Shown piece by piece: positions 48,072 to 57,922 of a stretch of 64,000 nt of DNA. This stretch comes from an uncultured virus (IMG/VR IMGVR_UViG_3300044845_000975) (lineage: Duplodnaviria > Heunggongvirae > Uroviricota > Caudoviricetes): the IMG/VR virus record IMGVR_UViG_3300044845_000975. One strand, 5' to 3'. Below the pieces are notes generated by a model that did no database searches, was not told where the DNA came from, and saw only the letters and a program-made list of their open reading frames with translations. Both the position numbers and the translations under genes were made by a program. The stretch's first letter is position 1; the number at the start of each line of letters is the position of its first letter.

Positions 48072-49115
48072 ATGGAAGTAGATTTCTCTCAACAAATTTC
48101 TGAAAGCAAAAAAAGAGCAGGACCAAAAAGTTCTGCTCAGTCACCAGCACAAGAAGAAGAAAAGAAAAAAGGTTCAAAAACTAATGAACCTGGCTCTGCT
48201 GGCACCAAACCAGATGCGAAAGAACGTGCAGAAAAAGCACTTGAGAGAGATGACGAAAAAGAACTCGTTAAAGCTGAAATTACATTTAATGACAAAATCA
48301 TTAATTCTTTAAAAAAGAAGGCTGAAGAGCATAACTCCAAGCATGACAAAAAAGTAAGCGTTTCTCAATTAAAGAAAGTGTATCGTCGCGGTCTTGGAGC
48401 TTTTAGTTCAAGTCATCGCCCTGGCAAAAGCCGTCAGCAATGGGCAATGGCTCGCGTTAATACATTTCTCAAAATGATGCGCGGAGAAAAAGTCAAGGAT
48501 GCTTATAGAGCCGCTGATGGCGATATTGCTAAAGGCTCTGAAGCTTTTGATCATGATCATTTGTATGATGCTTATGAAGATGTTGAGCTTCAATTAGCTC
48601 ATATTCATTTGGTTGAAGCTGGCGTTTCATTTGACGAAATGAATATTTTCAATGACGACATTGATTATACAGAAGCAGAGAAGAAAACATTAAATAAACC
48701 ATTTAGACTACCTTCTGGCTCCAATAAGAAATTTGGAGTTTACGTTAAAAACGATAAAGGTAATACTGTGATGGTTAAGTTTGGTGATCCCAACATGGAA
48801 ATCAAAAGAGATGACCCAGAAAGGCGTAAAAATTTCCGCGCTCGTCATCAATGCGATACTAATGTTGGCCCAAAATGGAAGGCTAGATATTGGTCATGCC
48901 GCTTTTGGAGTAAGAGTCCAGTGTCAAAAATGACAGCAGAAGAACTTGCAGAACTAGACCCAATCGAAGCTTTTTATATTAAACAGGAAGAAAGAACTTC
49001 TTCTCTAGAAGAGAGCGGTTTTGATGAAAACGAAATTCCTACACAGGAAGAAGTTTTGGCATTAAATCCTCTTTTTGATAATGTTTATTATATTGAGGAA
49101 GAAGCAGGAATTTAA
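48072..49115 (+). CDS. multi-domain putative internal head protein
   Basis: LKKVYRRG.GA..SSHRP...QWAMARVN and VKFGDP...RKNFRARH.C...ARYWSC basic modules; GTGTAA motif upstream. Confidence 0.55.
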   Translation: MEVDFSQQISESKKRAGPKSSAQSPAQEEEKKKGSKTNEPGSAGTKPDAKERAEKALERDDEKELVKAEITFNDKIINSLKKKAEEHNSKHDKKVSVSQLKKVYRRGLGAFSSSHRPGKSRQQWAMARVNTFLKMMRGEKVKDAYRAADGDIAKGSEAFDHDHLYDAYEDVELQLAHIHLVEAGVSFDEMNIFNDDIDYTEAEKKTLNKPFRLPSGSNKKFGVYVKNDKGNTVMVKFGDPNMEIKRDDPERRKNFRARHQCDTNVGPKWKARYWSCRFWSKSPVSKMTAEELAELDPIEAFYIKQEERTSSLEESGFDENEIPTQEEVLALNPLFDNVYYIEEEAGI

Positions 49116-49167
49116 GCTAGAATTACTAATTAGGTAACGTATCATCTTATATAGATCATGCGTTACC

Positions 49168-49938
49168 ATGTTTAGTATTTATCATTCCGCTTTTAACCTA
49201 ATTAAGCATGGCTTCGTTGGTTGGCAACAAAGCGTTCAAAATTCTTGTCAATTTGCAGACGAAGTAATTATCGCTGTAAATACATCTGTTGATGGCACTA
49301 AAGAAGCTATCGAAGAAACTCTTAAAGACTTCAGTAATTGGAAAATTATTGAAACCAATTTTAGTTACCAAGACCCTTGGCTTGACGGTAAAATTAAGAA
49401 CGAAGCTTTACAAGCTTGCACGCAAGATTTTAAGATTCAACTCGATCTTGACGAATATATCCCATTGTGGCAAAAGCCCATTTGGGAAAATATGGCAATG
49501 CAGTTGCAATTTCATCCGTGCCAATGCGCAGCAGTAGCATCAGTCAATCTTTATAAGGATTGGGATCATTTATCTTCTGTTACCAATAAACAATACTTCC
49601 ATAGAGGACAAGCTTATAGAGCGCCTTGTATAGCTGCAAGAAAGCAAGATGGAACTATTAATACTAAAATGAGCGATGGCTGTGACTTGGTAGATTCGCA
49701 AGGCAGCTTTATTTCCACAATCGGAACTCCAAGTGATCAAAGCATTCTTGAACAAAATATTGTTCCATTTGTTGTGCATTTTGGATATGTTGATCTTAAT
49801 TCTCGACTCAAGCGCAATCATGAATTCTGGCATGAGCATTGGTATGTTGAAGGCGGTGGACAAGACCCCGCCCATGTTATTCACATGAAGCACGAAGATT
49901 TTGAATACCCTTATATTCAACATAAATTAAAACTATGA
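49168..49938 (+). CDS. GT2/GT-A glycosyltransferase
   Basis: ADEVII...S.DGT, KNEALQAC, LDLDE (DxD), HFGY. Confidence 0.8.
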   Translation: MFSIYHSAFNLIKHGFVGWQQSVQNSCQFADEVIIAVNTSVDGTKEAIEETLKDFSNWKIIETNFSYQDPWLDGKIKNEALQACTQDFKIQLDLDEYIPLWQKPIWENMAMQLQFHPCQCAAVASVNLYKDWDHLSSVTNKQYFHRGQAYRAPCIAARKQDGTINTKMSDGCDLVDSQGSFISTIGTPSDQSILEQNIVPFVVHFGYVDLNSRLKRNHEFWHEHWYVEGGGQDPAHVIHMKHEDFEYPYIQHKLKL

Positions 49939-51089
49939 ATCACATATACCAAAACATAGAAGGTTGGTTCGATTTTCCAAATCTATATTCATTTATTGTA
50001 GAGCAGTCTCCAAATGATGCTAAATTTGTTGAGGTAGGAAGTTGGCTTGGTAAAAGCTCTTCTTACATGGCTGTCGAAATTGCTAATTCGAAAAAGAATA
50101 TCTCTTTTTATTGTGTCGATACTTGGCAGGGCAGTGAAGAGCACTCATCTAATGATTTAATCGTTAAAAATGAACTCTATAATTCTTTCTTAAGGAATAT
50201 ATCGCCTGTCCAAAATTATATTACCCCACTTAGACTTTCTTCAAAAGAAGCTTCTGAAAAATTTGAAGATGAATCTTTAGACTTTATTTTTATTGATGCA
50301 GGACACTCTTACGAAGACGTTTCTGAAGATTTGAAATGCTGGTTTCCGAAATTAAAAAAAGGAGGATACTTTGCTGGGCATGATTATAGTCCTGCTTGGC
50401 CAGGAGTGATAAAGGCAGTAGTTGAATGGTCAGTCGAAAACAACTACACTATCTCATTTGTAGAGGAAAGTTGCTGGTTAATGAAAAAACCAGTAGAATC
50501 TAAGGAAGTAGCTGTTATTTCTTCTCATTACAAAGAAGACTTAAATTGGGTTAACTTTATTAAGTATCCAGTGAAAGTTTATTCAAAAACTTTAAAAAAT
50601 AAAAATTTTATTAATTTTAATAAAGTTCAAGAAGCGCCAGCATATTTAAAATATATTATCGAAAACTATAATAACTTGCCAGAATACAGTATTTTTATTC
50701 ATGGTCATTTAATGTCAGAGCATCAGAGCGATAATATTATTAATATTGTTAATAGTATTGATTTCACCAAAGATATTATTAATTTGAATCGCGAAGATTG
50801 GGTTCAAACAATTTCTAGGGGCGACGAGTTTGAAGATAGAAAGTTTTCGTGGATTGAAGAAAATTGGAAAGATTTAATTGGAGATTATTTACCATTACCT
50901 GATTCATTATCTTTTCCTTCTTGCGCTCAATTTTCAATACATAAGTCAAAAATAACTCAATATCCAATTGAGTTTTGGCAACATCTTTTTAATTGGTGCG
51001 AAAAAACAGAATTAGATAATTTTATTTCTAGTAGGATTTTTGAATATATTTGGTACTATATCTTTTCAAAACAAAATTTTTTTAAATGA
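49935..51089 (+). CDS. SAM methyltransferase fused to DUF3431-like GT-A domain
   Basis: VEVGSWLGKS, FIDAGHSYE, GHDY; HYKEDLNW, EAPAYL.YII.NY..LP...FIHGH, CAQF, FEY.W. Confidence 0.8.
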   Translation: MNHIYQNIEGWFDFPNLYSFIVEQSPNDAKFVEVGSWLGKSSSYMAVEIANSKKNISFYCVDTWQGSEEHSSNDLIVKNELYNSFLRNISPVQNYITPLRLSSKEASEKFEDESLDFIFIDAGHSYEDVSEDLKCWFPKLKKGGYFAGHDYSPAWPGVIKAVVEWSVENNYTISFVEESCWLMKKPVESKEVAVISSHYKEDLNWVNFIKYPVKVYSKTLKNKNFINFNKVQEAPAYLKYIIENYNNLPEYSIFIHGHLMSEHQSDNIINIVNSIDFTKDIINLNREDWVQTISRGDEFEDRKFSWIEENWKDLIGDYLPLPDSLSFPSCAQFSIHKSKITQYPIEFWQHLFNWCEKTELDNFISSRIFEYIWYYIFSKQNFFK

Positions 51090-52126
51090 AAACAGTTATT
51101 ATTACAGGTGTCACTGGTCAAGATGGTTCGCTAATGGCAGACTATCTATTAAAAAATACAAATTACTTTGTGCTCGGCGCTCATCGTCGTCTTAGCGTTC
51201 CTAATCACGACAATATTGAACACCTTAAAAATCATCCAAGATTTTCAACAATTGAACTAGACATTACTGATCCAGAAAATATCAACCAAGTAATTCGCGA
51301 TAAAAAGCCAGATTATTTTATTAATTTTGCAGCTAATTCTTTTGTTGGTAATAGTTGGAAAATGCCAGTGAATCACATGCAAACAAATTGTATGGGAGTT
51401 CTCTTTTGCTTGGAGGCTATTAGAAACTATTCTCCACAAACACGATTCTATAATGCTGGCAGCAGTGAGCAGTTTGGCGATGTCATTTACTCTCCGCAAG
51501 ACATTAATCATCCATTCCGTCCAAGATCACCGTATGGCGCTGCTAAATGCGCTGCTCATCATCTTGTGAAGGTCTATAGAGACTCTTATAATATTTACGC
51601 TGTTCAAGGTATTCTTTTTAATCATGAAGGAGTGCGCCGAGGAGAAGAATTCGTCACCCGTAAAATTTCAAAGAATGTCGCCAGAATCTACGAAGCAATT
51701 CATTATTCAGGCAAATCATTTTTACCTATTGAACTGGGTAATTTAGATGCTAAGAGAGATTGGAGTGATGCTGAAGATTTCATTAGAGGAATCTGGTCTA
51801 TGATGAACCAAGAAGCCCCCAAAGACTATGTATTGTCTTCTAATGAAACTCATACTGTTCGCGAGTTTGTGGAGCTAGCATTTAAAGCAGCTTTCATCGA
51901 AGGCGAATGGATTGGCAATGGCATTGATGAAATCTTTGTTGAGAAAAAAACAAAACAAATCTTAGTCCAGATTAATCCTCAATTTTATCGCCCAGCAGAA
52001 GTCGATCTTCTCTGGGGAGATTCAACTCCAGCTAGAGAGTGTTTAAATTGGCAACCAGAAACATCTTTTCCTAAATTAGTTGAGAAAATGGTTGCAAATG
52101 ATTTAGATTGGCCGTATGGTAGTTGA
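51086..52126 (+). CDS. gmd: GDP-mannose 4,6-dehydratase
   Basis: ITGVTGQDGS, PRSPYGAAK, GILFNHE, FVTRKI, LGNLDAKRDW, YRPAEVD.L.GD. Confidence 0.95.
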   Translation: MKTVIITGVTGQDGSLMADYLLKNTNYFVLGAHRRLSVPNHDNIEHLKNHPRFSTIELDITDPENINQVIRDKKPDYFINFAANSFVGNSWKMPVNHMQTNCMGVLFCLEAIRNYSPQTRFYNAGSSEQFGDVIYSPQDINHPFRPRSPYGAAKCAAHHLVKVYRDSYNIYAVQGILFNHEGVRRGEEFVTRKISKNVARIYEAIHYSGKSFLPIELGNLDAKRDWSDAEDFIRGIWSMMNQEAPKDYVLSSNETHTVREFVELAFKAAFIEGEWIGNGIDEIFVEKKTKQILVQINPQFYRPAEVDLLWGDSTPARECLNWQPETSFPKLVEKMVANDLDWPYGS

Positions 52127-52476
52127 TGGCTCCTAAGAAACCAAATAAAAAGTCTCTCGTTGCCAAGTTTGTCGAGGTTCCACAAAAATCTAAAAGAGAA
52201 TTTTGGCAGCGAGAGTATGTGCTTCTCAATCGTTTGATTGAGAGGTATAGTATTGAGTTCTTAAAAGATACAACTTTCACCTTTAAAGGTGAGAGTTTAG
52301 CTATTCTTTTTGCAGATAAGATTCTAAAAGATTTAGATTCTAGATTCAGAATCTATAAATCTGATTTGCAATCAAAGCCAGAAATCATCGTACTTAAAGA
52401 TGATCCTAATGTAGAGAAAAGGCATATCGCCAGAAAACCCAAAACAATCAAAGACTTTTTAAATGGCCAAGACTAA
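52126..52476 (+). CDS. hypothetical protein
   Basis: 116-aa ORF coupled to gmd and recA. Confidence 0.7.
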   Translation: MAPKKPNKKSLVAKFVEVPQKSKREFWQREYVLLNRLIERYSIEFLKDTTFTFKGESLAILFADKILKDLDSRFRIYKSDLQSKPEIIVLKDDPNVEKRHIARKPKTIKDFLNGQD

Positions 52477-53599
52477 AACACCCGAAGAAAAAAAGATTAC
52501 TTCTACAGAAGTTCTAAGCACCTTCCTAAAGCAGAACTCAGAAGATCATTACAATTTTGAAGAAACAGTTGACTACAAGGTGTCAAGTGGTTCTTTACAA
52601 CTCGATTTGCAGCTTGGCGGAGGCTTTGGCCCTGGCTTGCATCGTTTCGTAGGAATGAATGAAGGCGGCAAAACAAGTGAAGCTCTGGAAGTTATGAAGA
52701 ACTTCTTGAATGAAATTGAAAACTCTAAGGGCTTTTATATTAAAGCTGAAGGTCGCCTTTCACCCGAAATGCAAAAGCGTTCAGGTGTTAAATTCGTGTT
52801 TACTGCTGAGGAATGGGTTGCTGGCACTTGCTTTGTTTTTGAAAGTAATATTTACGAAACAGTTGTGGATGCAATGCGTCAACTAGTTTCAAAAAATGAA
52901 GAAAAGACAAAATTTTGTTTCTTGCTTGACGCTGTGGATGGATTGATTGCAAAGAACGATATGGATAAGTCTTTTGAAGAGAGCGCAAAGGTTGCTGGTG
53001 GTGCAGTTATTGCTGCGACATTTATGAAAAAGCTTTCCATCGCTCTCGCAAAGCGTGGGCACATGGCAATCTTCATCTCTCAGGTTCGGGCAGACATTAA
53101 GCTAGACCCTTATTCTAAAGCTCCTGTTCGTCAAACGTCTGCAACAGGTGGCAATGCTTTACTACACTTTGCTAACTGGATTCTAGAGTTTGAACCACGC
53201 TTCAAAGGCGATCTTATTCTTAAGACATCAGCAGATAAGATTGATTTGGAAAAAAATCCCCCAATTGGACATTGGGCAAAAGTTACCGTTAAAAAGTCGC
53301 CCAATGAAAAGACTAACCTAACAATCCCATATCCAATTCGCTATGGCAGAACAGGCGGTAAGTCTGTTTGGATCGAGAAAGAAATTGTTGATTTGTTACT
53401 AGCTTGGGAGCTAGTTGCAAAAAGTGGCGCTTGGTTTGCTCCTACTGAAGACTTTATTCAACTTCTTACAGAAAACAATTTGACATTTCCAGAAAAAATT
53501 CATGGCGAAGCTTCTCTTTTTAAAGCTGTAGAAGAAGACCCAGAGCTTTGCAAATTTTTAATCAGCTATTTCAGGAGTTTAATTTCCAATGAAGTTTAA
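52463..53599 (+). CDS. recA: RecA/UvsX-like recombinase
   Basis: SSGS..LD..LGGG, G.NEGGKT, ISQVR, TGGNAL, KSGAWF. Confidence 0.88.
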   Translation: MAKTKTPEEKKITSTEVLSTFLKQNSEDHYNFEETVDYKVSSGSLQLDLQLGGGFGPGLHRFVGMNEGGKTSEALEVMKNFLNEIENSKGFYIKAEGRLSPEMQKRSGVKFVFTAEEWVAGTCFVFESNIYETVVDAMRQLVSKNEEKTKFCFLLDAVDGLIAKNDMDKSFEESAKVAGGAVIAATFMKKLSIALAKRGHMAIFISQVRADIKLDPYSKAPVRQTSATGGNALLHFANWILEFEPRFKGDLILKTSADKIDLEKNPPIGHWAKVTVKKSPNEKTNLTIPYPIRYGRTGGKSVWIEKEIVDLLLAWELVAKSGAWFAPTEDFIQLLTENNLTFPEKIHGEASLFKAVEEDPELCKFLISYFRSLISNEV

Positions 53600-53996
53600 A
53601 ACTCTTTACGGCAAAGAAAAGACTTTAAAGAATGCTCGTCAATATTTAATTGATTGGCAAAAGAAAACTCGTAGCAAGTTCCAAGATGAAGTTAAACGTT
53701 TTCTTTTCCAGTATTGGAAAGATGACGTTACCTTTGAGGAATTAAGAATGGTAGAAACGAGATTAACTTTTGACTTCTTTAATGCAAACAAGAAGATCGC
53801 TATTGAAGTTCAAGGGAGACAGCATACTAAATTTGTTCCATTCTTTCACGGAAGCAGAGCAAAATTTCTTCAACAACTAAAAAGAGATTCTAAAAAGTTT
53901 GATTTTTGCCAAATCAACGGAATAACCTTGATAGAGATTTATGATGTTTCAGAATTAAATAAAGATTTTTTTGAATCACAAGGAGTTTTTCTGTAA
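53589..53996 (+). CDS. Vsr/DUF559-like endonuclease
   Basis: FDFF....IAIEVQG.QH...RD..K. Confidence 0.75.
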   Translation: MKFKTLYGKEKTLKNARQYLIDWQKKTRSKFQDEVKRFLFQYWKDDVTFEELRMVETRLTFDFFNANKKIAIEVQGRQHTKFVPFFHGSRAKFLQQLKRDSKKFDFCQINGITLIEIYDVSELNKDFFESQGVFL

Positions 53997-54005
53997 AATA
54001 ATTAT

Positions 54006-54290
54006 ATGAATAAAAAAAATTTCACTAAAGAAATGTCCAAGTTTCAGATGCCGCCAAATTTAATTGACCAACTTTATGAACTAAGTGGTAATGCTGACAA
54101 ATACAAAGCTATTGTTCTTGGTTATATTTCAGAAGATGGAGTTCCTTTGATTTATGCTAAATATGATTCTCAAGTTGTTGAATTTGGCATGAGAAAAGCA
54201 ATAGAAAAATATTTAGAAAATGCTGATTCTAATGAATTTATGTTTGGTGGTGAAAATTTAGATGAAGATTTTCTTGACGAAGAAGAGTAA
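54006..54290 (+). CDS. hypothetical protein with acidic tail
   Basis: 94-aa ORF. Confidence 0.7.
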   Translation: MNKKNFTKEMSKFQMPPNLIDQLYELSGNADKYKAIVLGYISEDGVPLIYAKYDSQVVEFGMRKAIEKYLENADSNEFMFGGENLDEDFLDEEE

Positions 54291-54311
54291 GTGCTGTAGC
54301 GTATTGCTAGC

Positions 54312-55829
54312 ATGATTTACTCTTACGAACTTGAAAAACAGCTACTAGCTGGCCTAATTAAAAATCCCGAATCATATTTTGACATTTCCGCTTTTGTTAG
54401 CGAACGTGATTTTTATAGTGAAGATAATTCCCTAAATAAAACAATCTTCACAATCGTCAAGCAAGCTCTAGAAGCTCACGAAGATATTGACGATGTAATT
54501 ATTGCACAAAGAGTTCAGAGCTTAGGCATCTCATTTGATGATGTTATTAATGTCGCTGAGTATGTTAAATCTCTTGGCATGAGAAAAGTCTCGGAAGGCA
54601 GTTTAATTAAGACCGCTAAAGAACTCAAGAAATATACAATCCGCAGAGAGATTCATGAATCTTCGCAATCAATCGCGAAGAAGATGAGAACGATTTCACC
54701 AGAAAGTAGTTATGGTGAAATTATTTCTATTGCTGATAAAGAATATAATAATCGTATTAATCAATACGAAGTTGGAAACGACTCTCCAGAAAACATCTAT
54801 GATGAAATGGAAGCTCTAATTGAAGAGCGTGGAGCTAACCCTGTTGAAGAGTTTGGCATGATGGGGCCACACACCAAAATCAACGAAATCTATGGTTCAT
54901 TACTTCGCCCTGGAAATATTACTGTTGTAGTTGCGCGAAGCGGTGTTGGTAAGACTCAATTTTGCATGGATTACAGCACCAAGGTTAGTTTGCTATACAA
55001 TGTCGCAGTGCTTCATTTTGACAACGGTGAAATGAGCAAGGAAGAGCTTATTATGCGCCAGTGTTCAGCTTTGAGCGGAGTTCCCATGCACTTGATTGAA
55101 AGTGGTCAGTGGCTACGAGCAGGAAAAGAGACTGTTGATAAGGTTCGTTCTGTTTGGAGCAAAGTTAAAAAATTGCAATTTTACTATTATAATGTTGGTG
55201 GCATGGATGTTGATTCCATGATTAACACTCTTAAGCGTTTTTATTATTCAAAGGTTGGTCGAGGCAATAAGATGATTTTCAGCTTTGACTATATTAAAAC
55301 AACCTCTGAAAGCTCATCTGGTAATAAAAATGAATGGCAACTTGTTGGCGAAATGGTTGACAAGTTCAAACGCTGCGTCCAAAAAGATATTTTGTACAAT
55401 AATGCGCCCATTATTCCCATGATTACTTCCGTTCAGTCAAACCGAAGCGGTATCACAAACAATCGTAATTCCCAAAACATTGTTGATGACGAAAGCATCG
55501 TGTCATTGTCTGACCGAATTACTCAGTTTTGTTCACACATGTTTATTCTGCGAAATAAGACTGCTGACGAGATTCTGAATGAGGGAACAAGGTTTGGTAC
55601 CCACAAGCTCATTAATGTCAAAGCAAGACACTTAGGACGCGATGTAATGGGCGCTGTTGAACCAGTGCGAGTTGGAGATACCCTGCGCAAGAATTTTATT
55701 AATCTTGAGTTCAAGAACTTCTGCATTACTGAGCGCGGAGACTTAAGAGATATTGTTTCATTTAACGGATTAGATGAGGAGGTAGAACAAAATGGAAGAA
55801 ACACAGCACCAGATTTTGATGAACTCTGA
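54312..55829 (+). CDS. dnaB: replicative helicase
   Basis: ARSGVGKT, EMS.EEL..R, FDYIK, QSNR, KAR. Confidence 0.92.
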   Translation: MIYSYELEKQLLAGLIKNPESYFDISAFVSERDFYSEDNSLNKTIFTIVKQALEAHEDIDDVIIAQRVQSLGISFDDVINVAEYVKSLGMRKVSEGSLIKTAKELKKYTIRREIHESSQSIAKKMRTISPESSYGEIISIADKEYNNRINQYEVGNDSPENIYDEMEALIEERGANPVEEFGMMGPHTKINEIYGSLLRPGNITVVVARSGVGKTQFCMDYSTKVSLLYNVAVLHFDNGEMSKEELIMRQCSALSGVPMHLIESGQWLRAGKETVDKVRSVWSKVKKLQFYYYNVGGMDVDSMINTLKRFYYSKVGRGNKMIFSFDYIKTTSESSSGNKNEWQLVGEMVDKFKRCVQKDILYNNAPIIPMITSVQSNRSGITNNRNSQNIVDDESIVSLSDRITQFCSHMFILRNKTADEILNEGTRFGTHKLINVKARHLGRDVMGAVEPVRVGDTLRKNFINLEFKNFCITERGDLRDIVSFNGLDEEVEQNGRNTAPDFDEL

Positions 55830-56862
55830 TGAAATCAAAAATTCTTTAGAGAGAATGGGATATTCCCTAAAGGATTTTGGAAATCACTGGAGAACTAAAG
55901 CAATTTATCGCGGAGGCGATAACCCTAGCGCTTTAAAAGTGTATAAGAATACAGGGGTTTGGCAAGACTATGTTCAAGGAAACGGCTCAATGCCATTTCA
56001 AAAACTAGTAGAACTAACACTCAAAACCAAAGACCCTAAAGTAATTAAAGAATATGTTGGCAGTGTCAATAGTTCTGAAATTCAATATGTAGTAAAAGAA
56101 AAAGTCGAAATGGATAAAGTTTACCCAGAAGAATGTCTCAAGAGACTATTTCCCAATTATTCTTTTTATAAGAAGCGGGAAATCTCTGAGCAGACTCAAG
56201 AGAAATATAAATGCGGTTTAGCATCTGCTGGTCAAATGTATCAGAGAATGGTTTTCCCCATTTATAATGATTTGCAACAAGTTATTGGATTTAGTGGTAG
56301 AAAAATTAATGATTCTAATAATGCTCCAAAATGGAAGCATATTGGAACAAAAACTCGTTGGATTTATCCAGCCTTCGTTCCTCAAGAAAAAACTGTTGAT
56401 AAATTAATTGAAGAAAAGCGCGAAGTAATTTTGGTTGAAAGTGTTGGTGATAGTTTAGCTTTAACAGAAGAGGGTTATGCGAATAACTTAGTTACTTTTG
56501 GGTTAGACTGCTCACCTTCCTTGTTAAATTATCTATGCTCTAAAAGCTTAGATAAGATCATTATTGCCACAAACAATGATAATGAAAAACAAAAGAACTA
56601 TGGTAAAATTTCAGCGTTAAAAAATTACATGAAGTTGAGTCAGTTTTTTGACTTTAATCAACTTTCAATTCAGCTTCCTTGGGCTAATGACTTTGGCGAA
56701 ATGAGGCAGCAAGAAATATCCTTTGCTGATTGGTATAATGCTCCGCAAGCTTCACAGGAACAAAAACTACATGACTATAAAGAATTCTGCTTACTCAACC
56801 GTAGTTCTTTCCAAGACAAAAAACTTAAGAAATTTTTAAATAAAATCGAAGATTATGAATGA
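55819..56862 (+). CDS. dnaG: DNA primase (TOPRIM)
   Basis: RMVFPI....VIGFSGR, PKW, LVES.GD, NND, NDFGE. Confidence 0.85.
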   Translation: MNSDEIKNSLERMGYSLKDFGNHWRTKAIYRGGDNPSALKVYKNTGVWQDYVQGNGSMPFQKLVELTLKTKDPKVIKEYVGSVNSSEIQYVVKEKVEMDKVYPEECLKRLFPNYSFYKKREISEQTQEKYKCGLASAGQMYQRMVFPIYNDLQQVIGFSGRKINDSNNAPKWKHIGTKTRWIYPAFVPQEKTVDKLIEEKREVILVESVGDSLALTEEGYANNLVTFGLDCSPSLLNYLCSKSLDKIIIATNNDNEKQKNYGKISALKNYMKLSQFFDFNQLSIQLPWANDFGEMRQQEISFADWYNAPQASQEQKLHDYKEFCLLNRSSFQDKKLKKFLNKIEDYE

Positions 56863-57091
56863 TTCATTAAATGAAACAAATCAGCACAATAGAATGTTTT
56901 TCGGCCAACCAATTAGAGAAGATACAACTGCTGAATGCTATCCAACAAAAATGTCTGTAGATGAATTTTGCGAAGCAATTCTTAATAATAAAGAAGCTTT
57001 TGCAGAAAACATGAAAAAGCTTTGTCCTAATGATGAAAGATTCGTAGAAGATTGGTTTGAAACTTTTGCTGCATGGTCTGAAATCGAATAA
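56855..57091 (+). CDS. hypothetical protein
   Basis: 78-aa ORF coupled to primase. Confidence 0.6.
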   Translation: MNDSLNETNQHNRMFFGQPIREDTTAECYPTKMSVDEFCEAILNNKEAFAENMKKLCPNDERFVEDWFETFAAWSEIE

Positions 57092-57163
57092 ATTTTACTA
57101 TAAAAATTTTGGAATCTAAAAATAAATGGAGCAAAAAGAGGGTGTTTAAGTGTAATATATTGC

Positions 57164-57922
57164 ATGTATTTATATTTAATAACCAACTTATTGAATAATA
57201 AGCAGTATGTTGGAATCACTACGCAGAAAAATCCACATAGGAGATGGATTGAACACAAATCAAAAGCATTAAAAGGCAAAAATAAAAACCCAATTCATTC
57301 TGCTATTAAAAAATATGGACATGAAAATTTTAAATTTGAAATCTTCAAGGAGTTAAATAATTCTTGTATTAATCAGCTTTTAAAAGAAGAAACAAAATTG
57401 ATTTTAAAGCTTAAAACCCTAGCTCCTAATGGATATAATCTAAAATTAAAAAGTTCTTTCCGTATCGCAAGTCCAGAATTATCTTACAAATTATCGTGTG
57501 GAAATCAAGGAGTAAGTAAATTAAAAAATTCATCATCTCATTTTATTGGAGTTTATAAGAATCAAAAAAGCTCATCATTTTCGTGCGAAATAGCTTTTCA
57601 AAAGAAAAAATATAAAAAAGTTTTTTTACTAGAAGAAGAGGCTGCGAAAACGTACGATATGATGGCTATATATTTTTATGGTCGAGAGAGTAAAACAAAT
57701 TTTCATCAATCTTTATATTCTGATGAACAGGTAAATAAATGTTTCAATTCTTTTTATGAAAGATCGAGTGATTTTTATACCTCTAAATATAAAGGAGTTT
57801 ATTTTTCTAAAGAAAGAAATTGCTACCGCATCAGATATAAAAACAAACATGTAGGACAAGCTTCAACAGAAGAAGAGGCATATAAAAAATTACAAGAATA
57901 TTTAAAAAATAATGTCACATAA
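57164..57922 (+). CDS. GIY-YIG homing endonuclease with AP2-like domains
   Basis: YLY.ITN..N.KQYVGIT, R...H, AIKKYG..NF, GYN; SSHFIGV...EEEAA.TYD; SKYKGV. Confidence 0.85.
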   Translation: MYLYLITNLLNNKQYVGITTQKNPHRRWIEHKSKALKGKNKNPIHSAIKKYGHENFKFEIFKELNNSCINQLLKEETKLILKLKTLAPNGYNLKLKSSFRIASPELSYKLSCGNQGVSKLKNSSSHFIGVYKNQKSSSFSCEIAFQKKKYKKVFLLEEEAAKTYDMMAIYFYGRESKTNFHQSLYSDEQVNKCFNSFYERSSDFYTSKYKGVYFSKERNCYRIRYKNKHVGQASTEEEAYKKLQEYLKNNVT

